Shown here piece after piece: positions 16,380-34,318 of a stretch of DNA of 64,000 bases. Position numbers and translations under genes: made by a program. The notes below the pieces were generated by a model, which was given only the letters and a program-made list of their open reading frames with translations, had not been told where the DNA came from and did not search any database. Each line of letters opens with the position of its first letter. Positions within the stretch are counted from its first letter, which is position 1. Source of the stretch: the human T2T-CHM13v2.0 reference genome, Homo sapiens; the NCBI RefSeq assembly GCF_009914755.1, contig NC_060940.1; one strand, given 5' to 3'.

Positions 16380-16439
16380 GTTACTTTCACTTCTACTTTA
16401 TATTTCAGTTAGTGCACTAGGTTGATTTTTTTGCTTGTT

Positions 16440-16665
16440 TGGCTTAAACAGTCTAAATTTATTCTCTCATATTTCTAGAGGCTAGAAGTCCAAGATCAAG
16501 CTGTTGGCAGGACTGGTTCTCTGAGGGCTGCGAGAAAGAATCCGTTCCATGCCTCTCTCCCAGCTTCTGGCAGTTTGCTGGCCATCTTTGGTATTCCTTG
16601 GCCAAAGATGCAACAATGTCCGCAAAAGCATCACCCTGACCTCTGCCTACATCTTCACAAAGGCA
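16440..16665. mobile_element. MLT1-type LTR fragment
   Basis: GGCTTAAACA...TTTATTCTCTCA...GAGGCTAGAAGTCCAAGATCAAG signature. Confidence 0.75.
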
Positions 16666-16673
16666 TTATAGTG

Positions 16674-17904
<1,231 letters not shown>

Positions 17905-18224
17905 TTATATTGATTTTTTAAAAAGGAGTGTGTAGATAGGTTATGCTATTGTCGTATTTAATTTCTGGACAGAAAAACTGCAGAATATTCATTATCATCA
18001 AGCTCGTGCCCTCTAAACTGCTCTGATCAAGGTCACTGGTGACCTCCACATTCTAAATCCAATGGTCCAGGGCTCAGCCCTGTTCTTACTGATCACTCTG
18101 TCCTCCGGGAAACGGTTTCTTGTGGTTCCCCTTCCCAGCCCGGCTCCCTTCTCTTGTCTCCTCTGCTGTTTCCCTTTCCTCTAACTGACCTCTAAACTTG
18201 GCACTTCAGGGCTGGATCCTCTGA

Positions 18225-18632
<408 letters not shown>

Positions 18633-19097
18633 TGACTCTTGCATTTTTACCTCCAGCCCAGGCCTGTCTCATGAACTCCAGACTCATTCACATCCCCAGC
18701 TGCCTCCCTGCCATCTCAAACTCACACGTCCAAAACCAAGGTCCCAGCTGCAACCTTCCAACTTCCCTGTCTCCATTCCCTGCTTTTACCCTGCCCACAG
18801 CCCTCTCCCCCAACTAGAAAGTACGTTTCAGGAAGGCAGGGGCTTCTGTCTTATTTACGGCTGTATCCTCAGGGCAGAGCACAGTGCCTGGCCCAGAACA
18901 GGTGCCTGGTAACGTATTATTTGAATGAATAAATAAAAACTTGCACTGAGTTCTTGGGTGGAACACCACTGCTCTACAGTTCCAAGATACAGTCTAAACA
19001 CTACCTGTCATCTTCGTGAGTCTAATGTTCTGTGATTCTGAGGGCGTTGTAGCACGGCCTGGCCCTGGCCCTGCCCCCTCCCGCCTCCCACGACTCA

Positions 19098-19385
<288 letters not shown>

Positions 19386-20518
19386 TCAGCTTGATGGGTA
19401 ACCTTGGGCAAGTCACACAGTGTCTCTGGGCCTCAGTTTCCTCTTCTGCTGCCTGCCTCTCCATCTCTGGAGAAGGAAGACACACCCTGCTCTGGGCCTC
19501 CCCTTTCACCTCCTGGAGCTGCAGAGTGTCAGCCACCATGGTTCCCTGTATCCTAGAAGATTCCCCAGGAGAGGTGGTGAGCTCCCTGTCACTGGAAGTA
19601 TGCAAACCTACGGCGGGGCACCGATGGGAACAAATGTTGAAGCAGGAATTCCTATAATGGCTTAAGCCTAGATTCCTTCCAAAGGAATTCTAGCTCTAAG
19701 ATCCTGTTTTTTCAGGGGCAAATAGTAAGGCATGGGGAGACTGGTGACACAGGGAAGCAGTGCCTGTGAGGAGAGCCAGCTCCCAGACAGGAAGCAGTTG
19801 AGAAATTAGGAACCCAGGGCCGAGCCCCTTTCCTTCTTGCCATCCTGCCCTTCTTCTCCGCCCCGCCCATCTCCAAGGCCTGTCTCTGACACAAACCCAC
19901 AAGGACCACAGCCCCTGTTCCAGCTTCTCCCACAGCCTTTCCAGATGAGTCTGGACCAGCCTCTTCCTGGCCCGGCCCTCAGTTTCCCTAGCTGGACTGG
20001 AGCGGTGGCCCTGAGGACTCCCTGAGGAGTGAGAGCTACTCTTCTGTTTCTCAGATTATTCAGGTGGAGGTGTCCAAAGCCCCATTTTACGAATGGGGAA
20101 CAGGGAGAGAGAGGACTTGTTCTGGGCCACAGCATGAAAAGGCTGGGCTGGAGAACAAACTCAGACTGCAAGCCTAGGGCTCCTGCCACTGCCCACAGCC
20201 CTCTGGCCTGTGACCGACAACTGGAATAAGGATAGGACAGGAACAGCATTGTGCGCAGTGAACACCACCTCCAAACACCAGGTCACCCCAGGGAAGAGGG
20301 GACTTCAGCCACAGGAGGCAGCAGTGCCCACGCTAGCCTACGGGATGGAGGGGGCTGGGCAGAATAGAGGAGGGGCAGTCTTATTTGGAGGAGTTGGCCT
20401 GTCCAGGGACTGAGCTGGGGACAGAGCTGGGGAACTGAGCTTGGACCCTGCCCCTAGGTGGCTTTCTGGTAACAGGCCTGCTGGCTCAGGAGAGGGTGCC
20501 CTCTGCACCCACTGTTAA

Positions 20519-20917
<399 letters not shown>

Positions 20918-21730
20918 CTTACTTCTGAATCTCTCTGTGCCTCAGGATCCTCCCCATGGAGCAAATATCTTAGAGGGTTGCTGTGGGGGTTACCTAGATA
21001 ACGCACATGCTCGGCTAAGTGCTGCGTGGGCGCCCAGTGAATGACGGCCGTTGCTATTACTGCCTTTTTCCAAACTCACCAGGCCCTCTCGGCCTCTAGA
21101 CTTTTTGCACAGGCAGTTTCTATCAGCTGGAATGCCTTCGGGCACTTTTTTTCTTAATTTTTATTTTTTAGAGGTGGAGTTGTTGCCCAGGCTGGAGTGC
21201 AGCAGTATAGTCATATTTCACTGCAACCTCGACTTCCTGGGCTCAAGGGATCCTGCTGCCGCAGCCACAGCCTCCCAAGTAGCTGGTACTCCAGGTACGA
21301 GCCACGTCGTCCTGCCCTCCTGGCACTTTTCACAGCTAATTCCTACTCATCATTCTAGTCTCAGCTTAAATGTGACCTCTTCCAGGAAAGCTTCTGTGAA
21401 GCCTGCGTCAGGGACCTCCTCTGTGATCCCAGTGCCCTGATTTCTCCCACCGCTCAGCTCTGATTGAATCAATGGATTCGGCTCTGCTACGAATCAGCTA
21501 ACTTCTAGGCAAGTTGCTGGATCCCTCTCCTGGCTCAAAGGGGATGATTCCTTGGTTCTGTTGACTTCTCAGGTGTGGGAGTGGAGGGATCACAGAACTT
21601 GGGATTCTCCACCCTGAGGTCTCTGGAAGGAAAATGATGTGAGGCCCCGCAAGGGTAGAACCCGACCTGGAGAAGTGAAACCTCCAGGAGGCCAGGCCTT
21701 TACTAGCTTGTTTCTGAGCCCAGCAGCTCA

Positions 21731-22620
<890 letters not shown>

Positions 22621-25600
22621 GGAGGAGAGAGTTCTGTTCCAGGAGAGTCCCAATGAGGCAGGATTGGTGGAGCAAGGGCCCGCAAAGGCCTCCTCAGTGG
22701 CCTCGACTCCCTGCTCCAATCCCTTCACCCAGCGGCGCTAATCTGAAACCTTGATCTGTTCTTTATTCTCCCGGTCCCGGCTCACACACTGATGGCTTAT
22801 ACTATACTACTATGCAACTTCCGCACAGGACCCAGGCGGGGGCACTGGGCTGGTGCCAGGAGTCCCCTCCCTGCCTTTTCCTGCACTGGGCTAACTCTTC
22901 TCATATTTAAGACTCTTCTGAGGTATCACTTCCTCCTGGAAGCCCTCCTGGAGCACTTCAGGCCAGGTCCATCAGCCCCTTATGTGTCTCCATCACTGCA
23001 CTAACTTACCCTGTCATTTATGTGTCTGCTGTGTACCTTTAACCAAGGCTGTGAGTTTGCTGTGGTCCAGGACTGGGTCCTGACCACTGTTTTAGTCCCA
23101 ACACATGATGACAATGATATTTGTGGAGGGCAGGCCACAAGCCAGGCACTGTGCCCAGGGCTTTAGGTGAACGATCTCATTTATTCCTTAAAGAGTGGAG
23201 GTGAAGAAAATGATTACCTCCATTTATGGTATCTATGAGTACAAATTCAAACTCTAGTAAGGATTTGCTGAATGAACGCACGCGCTGGGGATGATGATGG
23301 AAACAAACCAGTCCTCAGATGGAAAGGGCTTCTGAGAGTGCAGCAGGATGTTCTCTCCCCTTCTCTGCCGGAACCACCCCTCCCTGACACCGTGACTCAC
23401 CGCAAACAGCTCTCTTGTTCTCTGTGTCTCACTTCAGCCTCCCCATCGCCCAGCACTGGGCTCTGCCATTTATGGGCCATGCCCCCCTCCTCCTTAAAAT
23501 AAATGAGAGGCATGTCCCTCTCTGTCCCCAGTCTCCCTCCACTGCGGCCTCTGTTGACTGCCACCCACCAACAGCCCCTTGGGACATCACACTTTTCCTT
23601 CCCCATTAGGCAGAGAGCCCTGGTCCACAGATCTTCACACCTGCCCCTAAGACCCACCCTTTCTGAGTGATCAGTGTACTGTCGGTGGGACTCGGCACTG
23701 GCTGTCCCCAAGGCTGCCTGGCAGCCCTCTATGTCCCCTCTCCACCTTCTTCCAATCTCTAACCCACCTCATTCTCGGCAGATGATCTATCGTCATGATT
23801 TGCAGTGAAAAAGGAAGCTGTCAAGCCCCACGGCCCCCTCCTCTCTGCCCCTGAGAGGACAGAGGGGTTCTCCTTCCTTGAGCCGAAGGCCTCCCTCCTG
23901 CCAGTCCCACCCTAGCCAGTGACGTCCTTTCCAGGGGTCTTACCCCTGCTGAAGTGTCTCCTGACACCTTCTTCTCCCCTCCCCTGGCACCTCCCTTTTA
24001 AGGTCCTTCCAAAGTGGTCCACACTCGCCGTCTCCACTCCGTCTACCTGCTTGGCGCTCTGTCACCCGGCCACCTGTGCCAGGCTGGTTTCCAGTCCCCT
24101 GTGACGGTGTGCCCTCTGGACCCACCGTGGCACCTGCTTCCCTGCCTCACTTGCTTCCACGTCTTCCTCTCCAGGTTTCCCCTCCTCTCCAGCTGCTCGT
24201 CAGCCTCCCAGGTGAACCCCCTGGGCTTATCCCTCGAATGCGGCTGTCATCGGGCCCTGGGCCCCCTTCTCCTCTCACGATATCCCTGCCCGAGCCATCT
24301 CGCTATGTCCCCAACTCCAAGTCCCTCTCCAGCCCAGGTTGCCCTCAGAGCTTCCCATACCTCCAACCGGATGCCTGATAGATGATTCAGGCTCATCTTG
24401 GTTAAAATAGAACTTGCTGCCTCCATTCCCCCCGTGACCAGCTCCTCCTGGGTGCTCCTCCGAGAGAAGGCACTTCCTCACTCCTTCCAGAGAAGGCACT
24501 TCCTCACTCCTTCCAGCTTTGAAGGCACCCTGAAATCTGCCTTCTTTCCTCCCCCACCCACCGCCAAACCTTGTCAGTCTATCTGCTGTGCATCCGCCTT
24601 CCATCCACCTTCTTTGTCCACAGTCACTAACCTGTCAGGGTCCACACCACCTTCACTCACCTGGGTAACAGTACCCACACCCACCTCCCTGCCCATCATG
24701 CACTTTCACCTCCTTCAAATCCATTCTCAACAGCAACAGCCAGAGTGAGTTCTTATAAGAACCTGACCACTCTGATGGCCCCTCCCTGTGTCATTACCAA
24801 TACTGATTCCTCCCTAGCCTCAATTCTAAGGTTACTCCCTCTAGGACTCAACTCCAAATACTCTCCAATCCCAGCAGGAGCCGCAAGCCACTGATCCCAC
24901 CACTGCACTGCCCACCCCCATGTCCCTCTCTTTCCCAGCTCACCTTCTGTGCTCCTAATTTCTCCCTTGCCAGCACCCTCTGTGCCCTAGGCCCCTCCTG
25001 TTCTGGCTTCTCCTGGCAAACGCCAACCCTGTTCCCTCCACTGCTTTGCCCACTCTTACCTTCAACTATGGAGCCAGGCATTGGAGGTCTACACCACCAC
25101 GTGGAGCAGTATTTTTTAAAACTCATGACCTTTTGTCAAGGTTCCTCCGTGCTGCTCAGCGACCCCGCTGCATTTCTCTAGGCCATTTGCTGTTTGTTTA
25201 TTGTCTGTCTGCCTTTACCATGCATGAGGTCTAGGCCCAGCTCTGACACCAACCTCATGTAAGCCACTGTCCCTTTCTGGGCCTCAGTTTCCCCATGTGT
25301 AGAAGGGGGGATGTGTGAGAGAGACCAGTGCTTCTTCATCAGGGTGTCCTTCAGATTCACCCAGACACTTGGCCCTATACCCGAGAGAGTCATGTTTGCT
25401 AGGTGTGGAGCTTGGAATTTGCATTTTAATAGTCTGGGATATTTGAGTATTTGGCGATGCTTTCTTACTACCCACAGTTCCATAAACACAACATGTACAC
25501 CCCGACCCTGATAACATCTGTGTCACGCACCCAGACACAGCCATACAGATCCAGGCTCTGGTTCCATGTACACCACTGACACCCCAGGAGATCCCTAGCA

Positions 25601-25894
25601 GCCTGTGCCTCTGTGACCCAGTCTCTCCGCCTGTGCAGTGAGCTGGCTGGCCTTGATGCCCATGTGCATTCACAAACATCTGTGCACACACAGACATGCA
25701 ATCCCATGCACAGATGCAAAGACCCAGGGGCAGACACACATATGCTCAGATGGACGGACAGGCACACAACGACACGGGTGCATGGAGAGACATTTGCCTG
25801 TAGACACAGACACGCCTGAAGACACACATATGCCAGCACACTGACACACAGGTACAAGGACATGCAAGGAGACATGCTCATCCCCAAGTGAAGC

Positions 25895-25895
25895 A

Positions 25896-25928
<33 letters not shown>
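25895..25928. repeat. (CA)n microsatellite
   Basis: Pure CA run of about 16 units. Confidence 0.95.
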
Positions 25929-25932
<4 letters not shown>

Positions 25933-26622
25933 GCAGACACACACACTCCTCCTTTTCCTGGCCTAGCTCCACATAGAGAAGCTCTTGGAAAAGAAAAACA
26001 ATGTGAGAGCCTGTGGGGGGAGGGGAGGAGGAGGAGGAGGCAGGAAACCCGAATGCCAGCCGGCAGCTGTGCTGGGTATGGGGGCCCGGGCCCTGTCTGC
26101 TGGGCCCTTCTTGCAGCCGCTGAACTAGGAGCCTGGCAGGGAGGGGGCCACTGCCACATCCTCCCTGCCTCTGGGAGCTGCCAGGCCTGGCACAGGGCTT
26201 GGCCCAGAGAGGGCCACCGGCTTCTTCCAGGAATCCAAGCCTGTTGGGCAGGGCCAGGGCAGGCACCACCCAGGTCTCTAATGGCTTCCAGGCACCCATG
26301 CTAAAGGCAGAGATGGGGGCTCCAGACTCACCTCATTCTCCTTCCCAGCGGCCTGGCCAGGCCCCTCCTAGGGGCTGGGGGAGAAGGAAAGGGCACAGCA
26401 GGAGCACGGAAGTTTTGGAACAGCACTCCCACCTTTGCACTTCAGGCCCAGGGTCCCCTGGAGCGGGTGTGTGGGAAGGGGTGGGGGTCGGGGTCCTCAG
26501 GGGAGTTTTCTGGAGAAGCCCACCCCGCCCCCAGCACACCAGGAATCCTGCACTCCCACATAGACCCAAGGGCAGCCAGACCCTGCCTTGCAACGCCTCC
26601 CCCTACCCTGCCCCACTCATAC

Positions 26623-26985
26623 AGCACAGCCCTGGGGACACACACTCACATACAGCCCCAGTAATGCACACATTCACACACACACCCCCAGGGACCCGCA
26701 CTCACACACAGCCCCAGTAATGCACACACTCACACACACACCCCCAGGGACCTGCACTCACACACAGCCCCAGTAACGCGCACACTCACACATGGCCCCA
26801 GGGACCCGCACTCACACACAGCCCCAGTAACACTCACACTCACACATGGCCCGAGGGACCTGCACTCACACACAGCCCCAGTAACGTGCACACACACACA
26901 TACAGCCCCGGTAATGCACAGACTCACACGCAGCCCCAGTAACGTGCACACTCACACACAGCCCTGGTAACGCACACACTCACTG
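26623..26985. repeat. CA-rich minisatellite (~56-bp unit containing CAGCCCCAGTAA...CCCCAGGGACC)
   Basis: Repeated ACACAGCCCCAGTAA anchors at ~26651, 26707, 26762, 26817, 26872, 26931. Confidence 0.85.
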
Positions 26986-29129
26986 AGGGGCAGCAGCAGC
27001 GCAGAGCATGGCTTACAGTCGTGGAGATGCCCCAGCTGCCCTGCCCGCCCCTTCCACCAGGCTCAATGCCCTCTTGCCATGGGGTGTCTATGTGCGTGGG
27101 GCGTGGCCTCCTGTTCCCTTGGCATACTGCCCCACCAAGGGGCAGGTCACGGTGGGACCGGCCACCACAGGCCCCGGGGAGCCTTTCCTACCCCACCCTT
27201 CGTTGTCCTGCCTCCCAACAGCCAGACAGGTCTATTACTGCTTTAAGTCTCTGGGTTTGTATTCCAAATGCCCATGTCCCAGACTCCAAAACCCCCACCC
27301 ATCTTCAAGTTCAGCTGCCACCAACTCCAGGAAATGCCTTGATCTCCCCAACCCCACCCCCACCTGGGGACCACAGCCCTACAACCTCCCACAGCCAAGC
27401 CTGGCAAGCTGCCATCTCTCTTCTGGCAGTACAGGCTTCCCTCATCCAGATGGGACACTTGTGCCACTTAGAGCTTCCATCAGGGCTCCTGAACCCCAGC
27501 CCCACAGCTGTGCTCACTGGTAGCTCACTCCAGGACAGAAACAAGAATATTTTGAGCTGACACTTGCTGCAGGCTAGGCCCTCATCAGCCCTGCCCACAG
27601 AAAGTGACCCAGTGGTTCCTGTTGCTTGTGGACTTGTCTGGAATATCTCTCCTTCCTTCATCAGCAAACTCCTACACATCCTTCAAAACCCACCTCCAGT
27701 GTCCCCTCCCCTAGGAAGCCTTCTCTAACCTCTCTGCACAGAGTATGCTCCCAAAGCACCAGGCACCTCCGTGTTCTACAGCAAAGGCCTTACTTTGAAG
27801 TCCACGAGCGAGGGCATCAGCACAGGGCCCAGCATACAGCAGATGCGTGATGGATGGAAGGTACCCCTAAGAAGGTGGTACCACTCTTAGGGGTACCCTT
27901 GTGACCATGCAGAGTTTGGGAAGGTTGAGTCATCCTAAAGATCAGGAGTCAGTCGGTGGCCAGGCTCTGAGACAGGTAGGTATCTGAGCCTGTCTGGCCA
28001 GGGTTGGAATAAGAGGTCATCTCACGGCCAAGTCGGCTGTCCCACCTTTTACCTGGGGAAGCCTAATTGACCCACTGGGAACAGCGTTGTGTTTTGTCCT
28101 CAGCATGTTTGGATGGGTCTCTCCATATCAGTGAGAGGAATGAGCAATGCCAAGGCCTGGACAGGGGCCAGCTGAAGGGATGGGGAGCCCAGTGCCCCAA
28201 CCCCTTCCCCGGCTCTGAAACCCTGTAGATCCTCCCAGAGCCTTTCAGGTAGGGCCCTGGGACAAGCCCATGGCCACAGGCCTGGCTGTGGACAGAAAGC
28301 AGAGCCCAGTGGGAAACCACAGAGGACAGCCTGATTGAATAAGTGCAGGGCCCAAGGCTGGTCAGCCCACAGACTGCGGGCACCTGTCCCTGTGACCTGC
28401 TGCCCAGGATCCAGCTGCAGGACCTCTGGGGGGAGCTGGCTGGCGGGAAAGGAAGGGATGGCGGCTAGGCCTCCAGGCTGGACCTAAGCCCAGGGGTAGG
28501 CACCCCTGGCCTATTCCCAGGTAGCCCCATCTTAGACTGAGGAGCCACAGAGACAGCCTGGATCATTGATTTGAACTCCTTTCTTTACATATGGACCAAC
28601 TGAGGCCCAGAGGGACAGCTACGTGTCTGTGTCCACACCGCGGACCAGCAGCAAGGCCAGAGTAGGGAGCTGGTGATGGGATGCCTCCTCTTCTGGATCT
28701 TAGCCACCTGAGGGGCACAATGCCCCCGAGAGCACCTACACGATGGGGTCTGCAGGCACCAGGCCAAGTGGATACGCACAGCTGGAATGGTGGGGTGAAC
28801 CTTCATGGGGACCCAGCCCCACCCCGACCCCAGCCCCACCCCTCTCGGCAACACCGTGAACTCTTCACTCTTGTACAGCAGACATCCCGCTAGTCCCAGC
28901 TCCATCACTGATATGCTGTGTGATATCTGCAAGTCCCTGCCCTCTCTGGGCCTCAGTTTCCTTACCTACAGGATGGGGAGAGGCACTAAAAAGATTCCTG
29001 AACGCTCTAACAGGTGGGCAGACCTCCCGAACCCAAACCAATCCAACCCCCACAAGAGCCCTGGGAGAGCGGGGGTGGGAAGGTGGACACCACCCCCACC
29101 TAAGGTACTGAAACTGAAGCCCCAGCCCT

Positions 29130-30400
29130 GCGTCGCCTTAGTCCTCACTTAGTCGACCCCTCCCAAGCCGCTGGCCCTGCGAACCGCCCCGCTCCACCTA
29201 GCGACGGGCGGAGGGTGGAGGGGGTTCCCGGCCCGCGCCGCGCGGTCCCGCCCACCCCACCGCATGGCCCCCATTGGCAGTCGCCGCGGCTCTGGGCAGG
29301 GCGCCGTGCTCTGATTGGCCAGCGCCGCCCGTCCATCCCGCATTCGCCATGGCGACCACGTTGGGTCCCCCGGGAGAGTCCCAAATTCCGTCCCCGCCCG
29401 CCGCCCCCTCCCGTCCGGCCCGGGCCGCGGCATTCCGGAGGCGCCTCCCCTCCCCCATCACCCCGCGGCCCCTCCCCACCGGAGACCTGGGGTTCCGGGG
29501 GCTGAGGGAGGCCGGGGAGGCGTCTAGAAAGTTCTGCTCTGAGTTCGGGGGTTGCCGCGGGCGCCCCGACTGTGTCTGCTCCTCCAGCACGCCCCACAAC
29601 TTAACCCCTTCCTTCCCGCGGAAGGCGCGCGGCCTGGAGCAAGTTCCCGGGCCGCCTTGGCCTGCCGCCCCCCGGCCTGCCGCCCCCGCTCACCTCGGGC
29701 CGGGACTTGCGGGCTCCGTACGTCCCAGCCGCTGCGGCGGGGTAGAGCGGGCACCGTGCAGCTGCGACCGCCGCCGGAGGGGCCGAGGGAGGGCCGCGGA
29801 GTCTCCTCCTCCCTCCCGGGGGGAGGGGAAGCAGGGGGAGCGGCGGGGCCCCCGAAGCGGTCGCAGGCTGCGGCCCCGCTGTGACCCCGGCCCACCGAGC
29901 TGCTGGGGTGGGGGCTCCAGCCTAACTTCGGGGCGAGGGGTGCGGGCCGGGGCGGTGGGCTCTGCTGCAGAGCGGGCCGTACCCCAACGGAGGCCCCACC
30001 CCCGTGAGGGGCCGAGAGTTGCGGGGGGGCTCGGCTTTCTTGGTTCAGGTTTCCTCAGCGCCAACTACGTACTAGGCGCCCCCAGCAGAAACGGCCACCG
30101 CGGGTCCCAGCTCGGCACGTGGAGCGAGCTTACCAAGTCTTCACTGTTGTTACCTGCATTTTTCCCTGGGCCAGCTCTGCCACCGAGTGGAAGTGGGCCA
30201 ACAAGTCTGTGCCCATCGGGCCTCAGTTTCTCTTTCTGTACAACAGAAGGGTTGACGAAAGCAACCTTGCGCTTGTTAAGAGGTGGGGGGCGCGGGGAGC
30301 ACTCGGCCCGGCGGGCGGAGACTTTTCTCTGCATTGCGATGGTGGTTGGCAGGCCCTGGGGAATTACGGTACTTCGCCTTCGGGGACGCCCAGCTGTTTT
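29130..30400. promoter_or_regulatory. CpG-island promoter of CCDC102A
   Basis: Very high GC and CpG density, GC boxes (GGGGCGG), two CCAAT boxes (29273-29277, 29314-29318). Confidence 0.9.
29694..29770 (-). other. CCDC102A: CCDC102A non-coding exon 1 (5' end approximate)
   Basis: Strong donor GAG|gtgagc at 29694/29693 inside the CpG island; TSS not determinable from sequence. Confidence 0.7.
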
Positions 30401-32194
30401 GGGGCTTTCTCTCTATTGGGGGTAGGATGTTTGTGGTCTTGACTGGAAAGCCGGGACAGGCGTCTGGAGGACTCCCCACTACATCCTGTACCCTGGAAGG
30501 CCCCCGAGGTGAATCTATTTAAAAGAAGACCAACAATTCACCAAGATGGTGGGGAAAACCTGGCCTGATTGGGATTTTACCTAGAAAAAGAAGCTAAATA
30601 TTACGAAGATAAATTAGTTTTACCCCGTGATTAACGGAGTTTAGATTATGATTGCAACCACGCACGCCTTAAAATGAACCAAGAATGAATCAGATGTTAA
30701 CACTGGAAGTCTTGCTTTTTCTTGTAATAGTTGAGTATGTAGCATCCTTCCCTTCTGAACTGGTTTTTGCAGTAAGAGATTCATTTTTGCAAAAATATTT
30801 GAGAGCTTCCTCAAACTCAAGGATCACTCTGAATCCTTTGATAGTCCAGTGCCTTTTTTCGGGTCTGGGTCACTTCCCTTGCAGACGTTCCCTTTCTCTG
30901 TGGGCAGCGGCTGTTCCATTTCTCCTGCTTTGCTTCCACCAACTTCATGAAATCCCATACGTTGCAAGACTGGCAGTTTCACTTGTCGATTCATTTGCTT
31001 TGTATTTGTTATGCGTGGCTGAATGTTGAAAGCGTCTGTTCACCAGCCAGAGATAGATAGGAGATGTATGTGGGGTTTGAGTACTCAGAGGACAAGGGCA
31101 TCCACATTTTACAGCTGAGGAAATGAAGGCTCAGAGAGGCTCTTGGCTCAGACTTGCACAAGGTCCTACAGCCAGTAACAGCCTTGGATCAAGAGCCCAG
31201 AGGTCTTGCCCAGAGTTTTTGGAGGTGGAAATGGGGCTGGGGAAGGTGGTGGAGACTGAGTTGATGGTGCACCTGAACTCCAGCTATAACCTCATCACTA
31301 TCAGGCCTTCTCTCCTTAGGAAGAAGCAGTAAATATTGTCCTGAGGATGTCTTTTGCAGGGGCTAGGGTGGGGTGACGTGACCCACCCGATCGTAGAACC
31401 AAAGTAGGTGCTGGCCACAGGTTTTGGCAGCTCGCATGATGTTATCTTAGTTACCTAGGGGCTGGGTGTTATTACCACCCTCTCATAATGAGAAAAGTGA
31501 AGATCAGAAATGACTGGACTGGGCACGGCGGCTCACACTTGTAATCCCAGTGCTTTGGGAAGCCAAAGCGGGAGGATCGCCTGAGGCCGGGAGTTCAAGA
31601 CCAGCGTGGGAACATAGGGACACTCTGTCTCTACAAAAAGATAAAAAGTTTAGACAGGTGTGATGGTACGCTCCTGTAGCCCCAGCTAACTTGGGAGGCA
31701 GAGGCCAGAGGATCGTCTCGAGTAACTGGCCCGGGGTCACCCTATGAGATGTCAGATCCCAGATCTGACTGTTTCAATTTTACCATAGTTCTCTTTCTAG
31801 AACAACACCCCCAGGCGCCTCTCTGAATGCAAGGCTAATCTGGCGTCAACCTCCCCAGTGGTCTCGGCAGGGTTTCTCTCTGGCAGCCTGTCCCACTCAG
31901 TTCAGGACAGTCAGGTTTTTGAGGCGTGTGTCAATATTTCCCACACTTCAGCAGTTCTGTTTTCCTGTATTACTGCCACCACTTTTTGCCACTAACACAT
32001 GCCCTTATTTACCTAGCATTTTTCTTTAAATCATTTCACTTTGTAGGACCTACTTGTATCTTAAAGCCTATTTCATATAGCTAGGTAAATAGAAAATTTG
32101 TATAACTTGCCACAAATAGAAAAAGATCATAAAAATAAATAGTATGCAAATAAAACAACGTTAGTAAAGTCTAGCTAGAAACGTTCTCTTTGTT

Positions 32195-34318
<2,124 letters not shown>

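Larger units (their letters stand above)
15100..16420. mobile_element. hAT-Charlie (MER20-like) DNA transposon remnant interrupted by Alus
   Basis: ACATTTTTGGCTATCACAATG and GTTCAGAACTTTACCAA motifs resembling the MER20 family; bounds and family uncertain. Confidence 0.5.

Noticed and set aside
26623-26985. Repeat-spacer-like pattern (CRISPR-like)
   Set aside because: Spacers are near-identical CA-rich units in eukaryotic DNA with no cas genes; it is a minisatellite
29274-30425. 383-aa plus-strand ORF
   Set aside because: GC-rich CpG-island sequence lacks stops by composition; no recognisable domain
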